The notes under the pieces are model-generated. The model did no database searches and was not told where the DNA came from. It worked only from the letters and a program-made list of their open reading frames with translations. A stretch of 61,621 nt of DNA, counting the filler, from Choristocarpus tenellus KU-1152 (lineage: Eukaryota; Protista; Phaeophyceae): the NCBI GenBank assembly GCA_964200185.2. It is 11 parts of 11 records of this genome, joined end to end, with 100 filler letters (N's around TTAATTAATTAA, not from the genome) between each part and the next. Parts side by side here need not be neighbours in the genome. Positions count along the whole stretch, not along the records: positions 42,581 to 51,838 come from CAXNAD020003835.1; positions 51,939 to 54,516 come from CAXNAD020026604.1; positions 54,617 to 61,621 come from CAXNAD020006881.1; 8 more parts are not named here. One strand, 5' to 3'. The position numbers and the translations under genes were made by a program. Below are positions 49,034-61,621 of this stretch, piece after piece; the stretch's first letter is position 1; each line of letters opens with the position of its first letter.

Positions 49034-52000
49034 ATAGAGCCAGCATTGCCCAACCAATCATGTAATCCAGAACATGAAATGATGTTCCTGTATTTTAAAA
49101 TTAATATTATGATTCAGTGGTAAGAACGCTTGTATTACCTGCAGGTGCTTCTCCCATCATCATGACTCTGAGTGCAGCGCATCGTTCCCGACCGCTTTCT
49201 TTTGTCGACAGGTGTGCTGGCCATCGAACTGCCTTTGAAGAGCTTTGTACTCAAGAAATTCATTCTCATCATGCACTAGTCGTCCAAAATTGAGTTAGAG
49301 AGAGAGAGAGAGAGAGTGCTCTCAACGATTCAACCACTGCTGAGCATCATCCGTGACCTCTAGTTTTTTTCAAGTTGTATCGCTCTCTGTATTCCGTGGT
49401 ACCTTGCGAGAGTCTTGTTGTCTTACCTCACAAGGAGTTAACACGGTTCCCATAGTCCCCTCTTCGTTCTGTTGTACATATATTGTCGATTTTATTTTAC
49501 ATACTATTATAGGATGAGCCTGTTTCAAACCAGATAATACCTTGTACACTCTCCTTCTTCGCCCTACGGTAAAACTTCCATTCCCTTCCCAGCCTTACGA
49601 TTGCGTGGCTACTGCTTGATGGATTTACGCACTTGGGCATTGAAGCTGGGTATGTCTGGCTGGCGCTTACAACCACAGCCGCCAAGACTGATTCCTTCAT
49701 GGCTTTCATCTGGAGGGAGTACGCCCGGGCGGACAGCAGGTTAGCTACCACATTCACGACTATCATAATGATCTTTTTATGAGATCTCTACATTTTAACA
49801 TATACCCGCAGGATTTGTAGGAGAACCTGAGAAACCTTGTAGTCAGTGGCAGTTCTGTCGAAGTATGAACAGTACACCAAAGAACGGTCGTAGGTGATTA
49901 GGGGCATTTGTGGTGAATTCTCAGAACAATTTTCGAAGTATATAATTGGGTCCTACCATTTACGTTTTAAACACATGGTACCTGGAAATGAGCACAAGGT
50001 AGAATTGGACTTCTAGGTACTGCAGTTCTCTCTTCCATAGCATACTTCAATCAAGGGCTCGTCAATGAGTAGGCTTAGGCTTAAGCTGATCTCATTTGTG
50101 CTCCCAAAGATTGGACAGGATAGTTGACAGGCTGAAATCGTTTATTAAACTTGCATGCACAGCTTCAACGCATTGAAGGGTATGATACATTGTGCACATA
50201 TTTGACCTACTGTCCTCAGATCACAAACTCCCCCGAACGATAATGGGTTTGTACAATTGAACCATTTTATATCATTGTTTTCCTGTCCTTGGAGAACAAC
50301 CCCAGGCTGAATTCTGATTTCAATGCTCCACATGAGCTCAGTCTCTTGCAGACAGAAGAATCATAGCACAACTCCCGGCTTGAGTAACATTCTAGTAACA
50401 TTCTACATGGTTCTTACTGTAGCATAGTATGCTTGCAGTACTTGCTAAACCAGTTTATCGAGAGTACCTTGTCCAGGCATACTGCTGAGGTGGCCAAGAA
50501 AAAAGAAATACCAAACCCAAGACCACTGATCAGGGCGTATCACAACTGTTTGAAAAACCTCTCCCAGTTATCTTCCAATTGTGAATTCCCACAAACATTG
50601 CCTTGCATCAGTGAAGTACTTACTTCACACTCTGCCGCAGAATGGATTCCATCACTTTTTTCTATTCCAATTTTGCCCAACAGTCACATGTACGACCAAC
50701 GTGTTGTGATCCCGAGGGCCAACTCCTAGGCCACTTTCACAGTTGGTACTTGTATATGTTCGGTCAGTTCACTGGTATTATGTATTATGTTGGTTCTCAA
50801 CCGCAGAATATCTGTTTGAAGTGTCCGTCCTGGACCAGGGTTTTGGCGACACATGTGCCTCCAACACACAAATGTCAGGGAGCCTTGAGTGCTCTCTGCA
50901 AAGGAGGGTGCTTATGTGCTTTATGTGCTTCATGTGTCAAACATGCATTCACAACCCAAAACGCACACCTTCAAACATGCACTGTCATCACTAATTCACA
51001 CAGGAGATATCCCAGGTAGAATTATTGCTCTAGATAGGCCTGTTTTCCAGGAGGTGATGATATGCATTACCAGCAAGAGCTGGATCTGAGAATGGTTCTT
51101 TGTTGCCTCGGAGGAAGACACACACACACTAACGCGTTCAAGGGTTCAAGGCAGAGAGTTGGTTTCGTTTCTGCTAGCAGTTGTACCCTTAGTGGATGCA
51201 GTAATTGAGGTCAGGGGATGAACAGAGTTTGGTGCTTGAGTCTGTAAAACAGGGAGTGAATGAAGGCTTGAGGAAGAGTGACTGGCGTTGATATTAGAGT
51301 ATGGTATAGTGTATGTCTTAAGAAAAGGTCGCAGTGGATTGATTGAGTTTGATCGTCTGATAGTGGTTGGGCTTTAAGGACAGATGTCCACATCCCGCCA
51401 ACGGCCGCCTTCATGCATGCGAGCAATTAACCGCATGAGTGGTGAACACCAATATGGGTGGGACTGCACACTGCACGGTTGGGGTTAGAGTTAGGGTTGG
51501 GCTGCTTTTTGTTCGCGTTAGACTACCCTTTCCATTCCCCTCCACATGTATTGGAACTCCTCTACAGCTTCGTAGTCAAGTTTGTGTCATAACAACCGTG
51601 AAATCATCAGCAATCATAAAAAACCCTAACCCTAACCCTAATCATCAGCAATAATAAAACCTATGGCGTTCCAATTCCAGGCACTGTAGAAATAACTGCT
51701 TGAATTCTGATGCATATTTTTGGAATGCTCGAGTAAACCTTGATACAGAGTCCACATTTGTCACCATCAGATCTATGGACAAGGCCATTTTGTGAGATAG
51801 TTTCAAACAGGGTCTTTTTTTGGGGGGGGGGAGGGGGGNNNNNNNNNNNNNNNNNNNNNNNNNNNNNNNNNNNNNNNNNNNNTTAATTAATTAANNNNNN
51901 NNNNNNNNNNNNNNNNNNNNNNNNNNNNNNNNNNNNNNATCTACGTGAACATCGCTGACCTTCCCCTGTACGATGACCCCCCCACTCGCGCGTAGGATGA

Positions 52001-52649
52001 AGCTGGTTCCTCGACCGAACCTGGCGTCGGATGTGTCCCCAAGTCTGAGTTGCCTAGAGAAGCGAACAGGTATCCGACCGGGGATTGCCGGTTGGATTCC
52101 GAGATGAACCTCTGGTATTGACCAGGCAGGATCGTGAATGTGTTATCCAGGTGGTTGTGGTCGATGTCTGTGAAGTCTGGGATGATGATAGCCTGAAGGA
52201 GCATGACGAGGGGACCCGGTTGTACATCCTGCATCACCACAAATATGTTTGTTGCAGGAGCTGTGTTGGTGTGTAGGACTATTGGTATGTGTTTGCGCGT
52301 GATGGCCTTGTTTGGTTGTATAGGGGTGTTGTTAGTTGATCTTTTTGAGAAACGGATAGTTTTACGTATGATAGAGGATACACTCAGGCAACGAAATGAA
52401 TGAACGGGATACGCTTATTTGCCCTACGTAACTTGTAAAATATTCTGTGAAAGGTGTCAGTGGCGGTTGCAGATTAGGAGAAGAAAATGACACTGGTTTG
52501 GATGTCAGGATTGGACGTTATGGGAGGAATGTATTTGGGTTAGAGGGGATATGTGACATCTGTACATGGACAGTGTGGGTTCATTCGTGTGGGGCATTGT
52601 TCTCTTAGAAGCAATAAGAAGCGTTTCTCACCTTGTCCGTCCGTGAAAT

Positions 52650-54516
52650 GTGAATAGTTGGCACTCCATTTACAAAGTTAGCACTCAGCACCTCGAAGTC
52701 TTCAGTGACAAAGACGCTCAGCGACGGACAGAAGGGGTTGAAACGTCGATATCACCCAATCATCGCCTATTTCAACATCAGGAGCAATGCCGACGAGGAC
52801 GGATTTGTATACCTGGCGGGTGCGATCGGTGCTAATCTTTCTTTATACATTCTAGGAATGTCTTGACCTGGAGACCAGGTGTGGACTCGTGTGGTTCCCG
52901 AGCCATCGCAACTCGCAACGCGCTCGCCAATGGTGCAAATCTGCTTTTCTCATCCAACATCCAAGAGGCAAGGTGTCGTTCCAAGTGCGGCCGCTTCCTT
53001 CCATATTTTCTTGGACCATCGTGGTTGACAAACATGGAGAGGAAGAGGTCCATGATCTAGTCCGTTTTGGATTTCTTCCATGAACGAGCGGCACTGGTCT
53101 TGCACAGTCTCTTTAGTCCCCGTTTCCTGAGTGGGATTCAAACGAGGTTACGATATGAGTTGGAGGGTTTGTTTCCGTTTGGCATTAGTCATCGATCTTG
53201 ATGATGCAAACATAGATAATACTGCCACTTTGTTCGAGCGAAGGGGTTTGCACAATTTTTGGTCACAAAGTGTTCCACGAAGTACGGCCGTGTTGGATGA
53301 CATCCCACGTTGAAAGCATAGAGAAGGGTGAGTTGGATACATCAAGAACCGAAACCGCCCCGATTAGAATATCCTGAAAAGGTGTGCATCACGTATGCAG
53401 TCACTCGCAAGCCACATCAAAAAGGCTATGAATACATACCATGAAGCATGTAGGATGAAGTGGATTGAGGGGTAGTTTATCAAACGATAGAGTGTGTGTT
53501 TTGATCTGATTTTTTTGGGAAAACAGTTGACAAATGCATGGTGGGTGTCGCCCCAGATAATATTGGCGTGTGTATGTACTACAATTGACGTGTTCTGTAA
53601 AACGGTAAAGTATTGCGTAGGATGGGTTTTGTGGTAGAAGGGATATTGAACGTTTATTGTGGTATCGGTCAATACATATCCCCAGGTGCACGTACCGTTG
53701 TGTGTGCCTCTTTCCCTACAGGGGATATGATATTGCGATTCAGTTTTGTGGAAAGTCGAGGACGATGGATTGGAGGCGTGTGGCTTCAAAGAAGTTGGAG
53801 GGGGTGGCGGCTGTCCATTTGGGGTTAATTTTTTCATGCCTCTATTTTTGGGTGATTTGGTTCCATACGTTTGATGGATAATGAAGGTGCTCTTTTCGTG
53901 GTTTTGGTTCAAATGAACACTCTGGTTTAGACCCCCCCCCCCCCCCAGATACTTTGGGTCTGCTGTACGGTAAAGCATGGCAAAAAAGGCATGAGGCGTG
54001 TGACTGGAAGTAAGTTAGTATGTGGACCGCCACAACTTTTGCCATTCTTTGTCGTACGGTAAAGTATTGCAAAAATGACATGAGGCGAGCGGATGAAGGA
54101 AGAGTGAAACATGACTTGGCATAATTTCATTATTGTTAAGGGTGAGGGACGGTGTGAGGGTTGGAGCACAGGATTAGGGTTGGGACAGGTGCTAGGGTTG
54201 GGATCGGAAACAGAAACTGGAAGAAACATCGTTTACTTCCAATACATATCGGAACGCGGATATCGGAGTACATAAACTTCGTCGTTAGGTTTCGTTCTGC
54301 TCTTGATGGGAGGACGTGTGCGTCACCGGTTCGGAGCTACGGTGGAACTGGTGAACATCACGTCTCTCTGATTTCGATGCAGATGTGTGATTTCGGAAGG
54401 ATATGGTGAACATATGCTTCGCTATGCCTAGTCTTCAAGCGCTAATCCCTCTTTCAGGTAATTACAGAACGCACAGGCTACATTGGAGTGTGTCCAGCTG
54501 CAACGGAGGCCTGGCC
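52650..54516 (-). mobile_element. Element X, copy 2
   Basis: Reverse complement aligns with 13320-14940 across coding-like and non-coding parts; interrupted by a MITE-C. Confidence 0.75.
53782..53960 (+). mobile_element. MITE subfamily C nested in element X
   Basis: Body matches 39840-40026 and ends CCAGATACTTTGGGTC; absent from the paralogous position in copy 1 (about 13815). Confidence 0.75.
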
Positions 54517-55221
54517 NNNNNNNNNNNNNNNNNNNNNNNNNNNNNNNNNNNNNNNNNNNNTTAATTAATTAANNNNNNNNNNNNNNNNNNNNNNNNNNNN
54601 NNNNNNNNNNNNNNNNGACCGCGCGTCTTATACATACAGTGTGTGTCGGCGATCCCAAAAAGGAACCTGTCCCTGACATTTGAACTGACCAATTAGATTA
54701 CGCACTCTCCATCACGGAGAAATCGGTATAATATCCAAATCATTTCTTGATGTGATGTATTTATTCATAGAACCAATAGATTCTTGTCCCAACCTCACCA
54801 TTTTCGTCCTTCCTGCAACATTACACAAGGCTAGATATTTTCGCCATGGATGAGGAGTTGGTCCAAATGTAGTGCACTACTACTGCAAAGCTCTACAAGC
54901 GTGTTTGAAGGGGGGGAGTGATAAGGACTTGGGGTCTGGATCCATTATACGTTCTTCGCGCACTCCTGAGTAACTGTCTTGCTCTATTTCTTAGAATTGT
55001 GACAAGTTACAGGGGATGGACGCTTCTTGGTGGATTCCATCTTGACATCGAGTCAACGAGACGGAACCTTACCCTCCTACCGCCCATACCTTTGCCATCT
55101 CATCGTGCAAGGAGAATCACCAGAGTACTGACCGTCGTATTCGTCTCCATATACATTGGGGGTACTGTTTTGCATCCTTTCAAGTGTCTGAGACAAATTG
55201 AGAATAATCTATACTGCAGAA

Positions 55222-58200
55222 ATGGACTCCAGAAAAGAGATAGGTCGAGTGGTGGCTTCCGATAAACCTCGGTCGCAAGAAGTATCCCCGGATTTAAAGA
55301 AGTTTGGTTCTTCTAACACTCTCCCAGTCTCAAATAGTGGGACCGCGTTGACTACCCCTGCGGGTACCTCAACAGGGTTTGGAACACCACACCCGGTCAC
55401 AACAAATGGACGGCTGTCCGCCCTGGAGCACTCAGCCGCCGAAGAAGCTAAGGCGAAGCTCGAGAGGATGGTCAAGGTGAGATTATTAAATGTATTCTAC
55501 CGTTGTGTTGTTTCCACTTGTACGCATATTTCCCATCATGTCACACCATGTCGGTCGGGTAGAGTCCCTGCACATGGTTTTGGCAAAGTGACACATAAGA
55601 AATCTCATGCTTGGGATATATCTATCTCCGATTTGTGTAGGAGGTTTTATTTGAGCTGTCATTTACATAATAGAATTCTTAAAGTCCAACTATTCAGGTT
55701 TTCTTGGCGTGGCTGTTTGAGGAATGAAAGACATTGTGTATCCAACTCTTTTCCCTCGCCCAACTTCTTTTTGACCTTTCAATCTTTGTTCTTGATGTGA
55801 TGTACGCTTGCTCTGCAGGTGGAAGCAATGGTAGAGAAGCGCAAGAAGTGCTTTAACTATCTCAAGCAGATCCACGCGGGGGATAGCTTCTGGCTCAATT
55901 GCGTGCGCTTGAGGCGACAGGTGTGACTGTGTGATATGCCATCGATTTTGTTGATGGTATGAAACACCTCCTTGGGCGAGGAGAAGCATAATATAAAATG
56001 CTTGGCTCAGAAGATGTGCTTGGTCAACGTCGGTTTTCCAGGAAATATACTGTATCCTTAGTAGGCACTGGTCGTTTTTTTTAAATTTGGTTTGACTCTT
56101 GACCAAGCATGTAAAGAGTGAGGCAGAAATCACACCAGGAATAGCTGCTGCAAGAGCTGTGGTGCTGAAGTGTCTTGTCTCCCAATTTTTTCATGCAGGA
56201 GGTAACAGAATATGCTTCCTCTCCGTCCATATAATCTCAGGCTGATCTTGCCATTTATGCTACTCAGCTGCCGCGCCACAGGGTGCTGCAGTTGTTCTAC
56301 CTTGGAATTGGTCTTGCCAAGCTTTTGCAGGTAAGAGCGTTATTCCCACACTAACGAACTATCTCTGCGCCATATTTCTTGTGCTTCATCATTGAAGGCT
56401 CTGACAATATTGAACACAACATAGGTTTACTTCAGTTTTGAATTGCTTGGCTTCATTTTTATGACTAAAGAGCGTTTTTCTTCGTCATTGACCCTACCAC
56501 TATCCAGACCGACCCATTTATGATCCCCTTTCACACTTATGGTCATTTTCCCACTTCTTTGAGCTCCTCCTTCAAAAGTGTGCCCCGTCATTTTTTTTGT
56601 CCCATTGAATCTTCAGTGTTGTGTTGTGTACCAATGTGTCTTAAACAGGCTACCAATCCTCTCTTTTGTGAATGAATGTTACTCCCCATACTGGGCATGC
56701 GCTAATGTCGTGAGTTCCTTGGTAGTTGTAGTGGGATCCCCAAAACCTGTGCTTGAGTGACCTGGAGAAGCCCAAATGATTTTATGTTGAGGACTGTACA
56801 GTGTTTGCCAAGGGGTATGGAAATTCACCCTCCTCTGCTTCTGATGAAAGCTCTGGAACCTTCTCTGGTGAGAGGGGCTGCGCAATCCTGCTTGTTTTTG
56901 TTGTTCCTGTGAGTGTTACACTGCCTGTCCATTCTGTTACAGTTGAAGTTCTCTCTGTGCTCCTTGATAGTCATGTTGCAGAGGAAGTGGCGATTGTTCC
57001 AAGCCCTAATTCGGATGGTCATTGCTCAATGGTGCAGATTGAATACTCAATGCTTTTGTATTTATTAGTTTGACTTGAAACTAGTTGGTCACGATTGCGA
57101 GCAGATCAAATAAATCATTATGGCTTCTCAAGCCTTAGAGAGCACTGCTAGCTTGATACACTAGTTTACTATCGTGGCCCACGCCTTGCACGCACTATGG
57201 GGAAAAATATCAAACTGTGTTATAGTCCCCTCTCATTCCCTTGCCTTTATTTTCTTTTTGCTAACTACAAGTCAAGAGTGTACTGCAGAGGTAGGCCATA
57301 GCTATCTTCTGTGGTCAATCCACTAGCCTTTGCAGTGCTGAGGATTTTTTGCTTGGCTGTCATCCTTGACGGTTATTGGAGCTTGTTTTCTCCCTCAAAC
57401 CTCTCAAAGTCCCTTTTCCAGCACCGGTGGTGTGCCAAGAATTGCCTCCTCTAAGGAATTTGGTTACTTATATTTTCTTTCAAATGCAACATACAAAACA
57501 AATCATCCCTGGGATATGTTGCTGATACATCTCAGGGAATGTAGGCGGTTTAACCTTGAACCCACCCCTCCACATTTATGTTATTCTACTTGAGTAACAA
57601 CAGAGTATAGGTATAAACTTACATGCACACAGTTTGTCTTATTTGTATACAATCCTCCATATCCCCCCTTGTTCGTTGATGGGTAAGCGTTTTGTAGAGC
57701 AATCCAATGCTTAGCTGGAATATGTAGTGCTCACGTCTTCTGAACCCCTGGACTAGAAAGGATTGACCCTGCTCATCTTGCTTGTACCCATATCCAATGG
57801 ACAGGTTTCCACATCCTGTGCAGGCATACTGCAACTCAATATGGAAGATTCCATAATTTCACCACATCTCCAATCCAACACCTACAGTTGAGCCCTGTTC
57901 TACATCATGTGTACAACTACTCTGTCCTCCCCCCCCCCCTCCCTTATCTCTGAACCAAGTCTTGTGGTGGAGCCTTGCTAGTGAGAAGCATCTTGCAGCT
58001 GCTGGAGGAATGGGAGTACCACTTTGCCCTGACTGGGGTGGCGCATCAGTCTGTCAAGGCCATGATGGCCAAAAATGTTGGTGTCCCTCTGCCAGGAGGT
58101 TCAATCAGTGGCGAGGTGGACTATGGTGGAGGTGCTCAGCAGGAACAGGTAAGGAGTACTGGTGTGGGAAATTTGTATGGGGAGAGGCAGGGGCAGGAGC

Positions 58201-61018
58201 AGGGGCCTCTAATTGCACCCTCCATATGTGCATCTTGTTCAGGAGTGAGAGAGGACGTTTGGTAATGTGATGTATGGAACAGCGTCATATGTTTGGTGTG
58301 TTTTCCTTGTGTTTCCCTAAGATCTTTTGTTGATGAGGAATGTTCTGTCGATGCAGGGGAATAGCAGCAGGCAGGGAATGGTTCATGATTTGCCAGGTCT
58401 TGTCAAGGCTCCACCTTGGAGATCTATTGTTTGAGACTGAGCGCGAATGACCTTTTCCTCCTTGATCATCCCCCTTGTTGGTGATGGGAGAGCAATTCAA
58501 GTTGAAAATTAATGATATCAGTGGCCTGATGGATTTTTTCTTGCCGTACAATGATGGCTCTAGAGCTCTGTGGCGGTCAAGACAATGATGCCAGAGCCAA
58601 GGCAATGTGTTCCACGCATTGCACAAACCAAGGAACTATATGTACCTAAGAACCATGACTAATTGTGCTGATCTGGACTGTAAAGGTTGACACATAGACA
58701 GGTGGTGTACCAGGAAGGTGATTGCCCTATTCAGTTGTGGGACTGTTGTCCTTGTGTATTTGAACAAGAGTGGAAGGACATGTGATCAATACTACTAATC
58801 CGGGAGGTGGTGGCAAATATATCTTTGCTCCTTGGAGAAAAAAAATAGTCATTTCACCTCAGATGCACATGACAAAACAAGATGGTTTGATGACCATAAT
58901 AGTAATATGTTTCGAGTGTAGGATACTTCATGATCATTCATTGAAGGTTACCCTTACTTTTGACACAGTTTGGGAAGTGATTTGAGGTGTTAGGTGGGTC
59001 TGTACAGCCATCATGAGAAACCTTTTGAATTTTTGGTATGGGGTAATTTTCCCACATATACCAATACTCTGTCACAACCCTCAAGTATCTCATGGTGAAA
59101 GTGTCTCACCGTGATGAAAAGAGCAAAATGTAGAACACAAATGAAATGCAACTACATGTTAGAAAATGGTGACAGTCTTTTAGGCATTACTTTGGTGTAC
59201 ATGGTATGTGGATAGGAACCTCCGGTGGATTATCACCTTGTTGGACCATAGAGTCCACCCAACGGAGCCTTGCACTTGAAACATGAACTTGTGGAGCACT
59301 TGTGGTGGTGGGTTAAGCTCTCGATTGTTTGGACATTGCCTGATACAAAACCTACCTAAACCCACCCTACCAATCTTGTTGATACACCGGGAAAAATACT
59401 CTCCACCGTTCATAGTTCAAACATGGTATACTTTTTTTTATGAATCTGATTGTCACTTGTTCTTTCACACAGGTCCCTGTTTTGTGTAGACTCAGCCATG
59501 GGTGATGCCTTGCACAACTACAACTCCTTATCCTTGCACCTTTTCTTGTTTGACCGTGTAATGAGATTGAGATGAACAGGGGTGTGGAATTTGAAAGCAA
59601 CTGGCCCCGTTTTTCTCGAGGAATCCTGGAATCGCGATCTCTTGCACTAGTACCTCCTGCAGAATATTATATCTCTGTAACATTACGAGATAATTGCCTA
59701 ATAGTCTTCAACATACAGAGTGGATGGGCCTTACCACTTGTTCCTAGAGGTGTTGAGCTGTGGTTATGAAAAGTGTGCTGTTGCCGCCTTGTCCAGATCT
59801 GTGTCCGTGTGACTGTGTTTTTGCTTTTGTTGCTTCAGTGTCTCTTTTTTTATATATTTTTTTGCCTGCTTGATACTGAATATAGTAGTGGTCAACATGT
59901 ATGGTGTACTGAATATATTAGTGATGGTCAACATATACGGTGACGTGCTCACTTGATTGGTTTGCTGTGTCTGTGTGCAGTGAGTAGTGCACAGGGAAAC
60001 CCCTGTGTTTGGGGATTTAAAAAAAAATTTCAGACCCATTTTCGAAAACCTAACCCTCACCCTAACTTGTGTGTGAAACGTATCCTTAATCAGCCAAGGA
60101 AACTTTCTAGAAGTGATACACCACTACAATGTGCACTGGGGACCCACCACCTTCCAAGGATTCACCACTTACCATTTTTTCGCTCACTTGTTCAAAAATG
60201 CAACCCTTCCTCTCTCTACATGTGTGAAAGGGGTACATGTGGTTTTGTGGAATGCATTCTTTGTATCTGCTTTGAGAACTTCTAAAGTTTTGGTGATATG
60301 GAATTGCTTTTCACTGGTGCTGGTCACGAGCTAAAGGTTTACAGTCACTTCATGCACGCGAGAGTCCAAGTAGAACAGAAGGAGCTTTTTGATGCAAAGT
60401 GTTCTGTTTTGTTTCTTGTCCAATCCCCAATGTGGCATTGATAACCCTTTTGGGTTTTTTCTGTGCTCAAGACTTTGGGGTTGGGTGGGGGGAGAGTATG
60501 TCCTCACCAGACTCTACACAAAACTTTACCCAACAAGACTCTTACTGTAGAAGGTAGTGACATCTGTTGCTGCAAAATCTCTTGAGATAGGACGAAAGAG
60601 GTTGGGGAAACAAGGTTTTTGTGCTTGTGTCCGTGTGTACTTGTCTTTTTATGATGTCTAGTTAAAATATTGAAAGGTTCAACATTTTAATGTATATTTT
60701 GGAGCCGACTCTAATGCCTAGTGTCAGGGCCAAAATGACAAGGGATTTGAGTTGACATAGAACAGAGTATTTGGATGCCGAGTGATTGCACACAAAATGG
60801 AACAGACTTCTCTAGGAGGTATTCCCCTAGGTTGAAATGGTGCTAATGATCATCTCTTGGAACTTGGACAGGTCATTGCGCGACTTCACAAGTTCAATAA
60901 CGAAGTGGTGTACGAGCATCTCTTGACTCCGCATGTGTCCTTTTCCCTCGACTACTTTGAAGTAGTCTTCAGCCTGTGTGACATCATGTGTCTCATATAC
61001 AATAAGTTCATGGACGAG
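55222..61018 (+). CDS. Conserved uncharacterised eukaryotic protein (3' end beyond window)
   Basis: Phase-0 exons 55222-55476, 55819-55920, 56241-56330, 57960-58148 and 60872-61018: ...VEKRKKCFNYLKQIHAGDSFWLNCVRL...LFYLGIGLAKLLQ|...LVRSILQLLEEWEYHF...|...YEHLLTPHVSFSLDYFEVVFSLCDIMCLIYNKF. The KR...YL...H.G...W.N and L.TP..F..DY....LCD....Y motifs recall an unnamed family also seen in fungi. Confidence 0.85.
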
Positions 61019-61621
61019 GTGGGTCAACTGTTGCTAGGGGGTGGGAGATACAGGCTATGACTTTGCGTGTACTACAATATTAATACCTCTAGATTTGATT
61101 CTATTGTTTTGTGCTGGAAGTGGTCCTTTCTACGGAAAAATATTTTTTCTGTTGTTGTACTTGTGGGGATATCGAAAATATGATGATGAGGTATGTATGT
61201 ATGTAGAATGTATGTATGATTGAGTTCGATTTACTCTCTTAGATGCATTGATCTTTCATAGTGTTGTGGTGTCATAGTAGCTGGTCTTTCTGTGCTGGAT
61301 TGCATCTCTGTGATGAGTTTTGTAGTGAGTGAATTTGCCTGGGTTGATACAGAATTATAAATAGAGAAGCAAGTTGTCACCATTTGTATGAGTTCATTCT
61401 TTGAGGAATATGAATGATTATATATGTGCAAGTGGAGGATTTCCAGGATATATCCCTAGCTTGTACTCCAAGCACTTGTAGTGAAAGCTTTGCTCACGAC
61501 TGTAGGGGTAACCTTTCTAATTCACATTTAGTTAGTGATGAATGTGTTGTGTTGCTGTCTTATGCCTCATGTATACTCCTATTTCTACCACCTTCCTTGC
61601 CTAAGTTGCACACCTTTATGC

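Noticed and set aside
44106-49766. Possible minus-strand gene (segments 49766-49541, about 49468-49427, 49276-49138, 44294-44106)
   Set aside because: Exon-like pieces exist, but I could not build one consistent frame.

Overview
Eukaryotic, intron-rich draft genomic DNA. The window is 11 short contigs joined by an artificial 100-nt spacer (44 N + TTAATTAATTAA + 44 N), so adjacency across spacers is unproven. A bipartite plastid-targeting leader, TTAGGG tracts and an Ectocarpus-like RLE retroelement suggest an ochrophyte alga related to brown algae (inference). Manual splicing gives fragments of six genes: a CpcT/CpeT-like protein, AIM24, a carotenoid cleavage dioxygenase, an EF-hand protein, an SR splicing factor with a candidate poison exon, and a conserved uncharacterised protein. 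A seventh gene model is weak. There is also a tRNA-Pro(CGG)-like gene with an unusual 8-bp acceptor stem. Much of the rest is mobile DNA: three MITE subfamilies sharing GRGTCAAAGTATCT termini, a TGT...ACA element with a 4-bp TSD, four CRE-like retroelement 3' fragments, and a Copia fragment. The most unusual structure is an unclassified large repeated element ('element X') seen in pieces on three contigs. It combines a decayed hAT-like frame, a decayed HNH-like frame, a ~116/231-bp repeat, a palindrome-rich 78-bp array and a MITE-like segment. All protein family calls are from motif recognition by eye; no searches were run.
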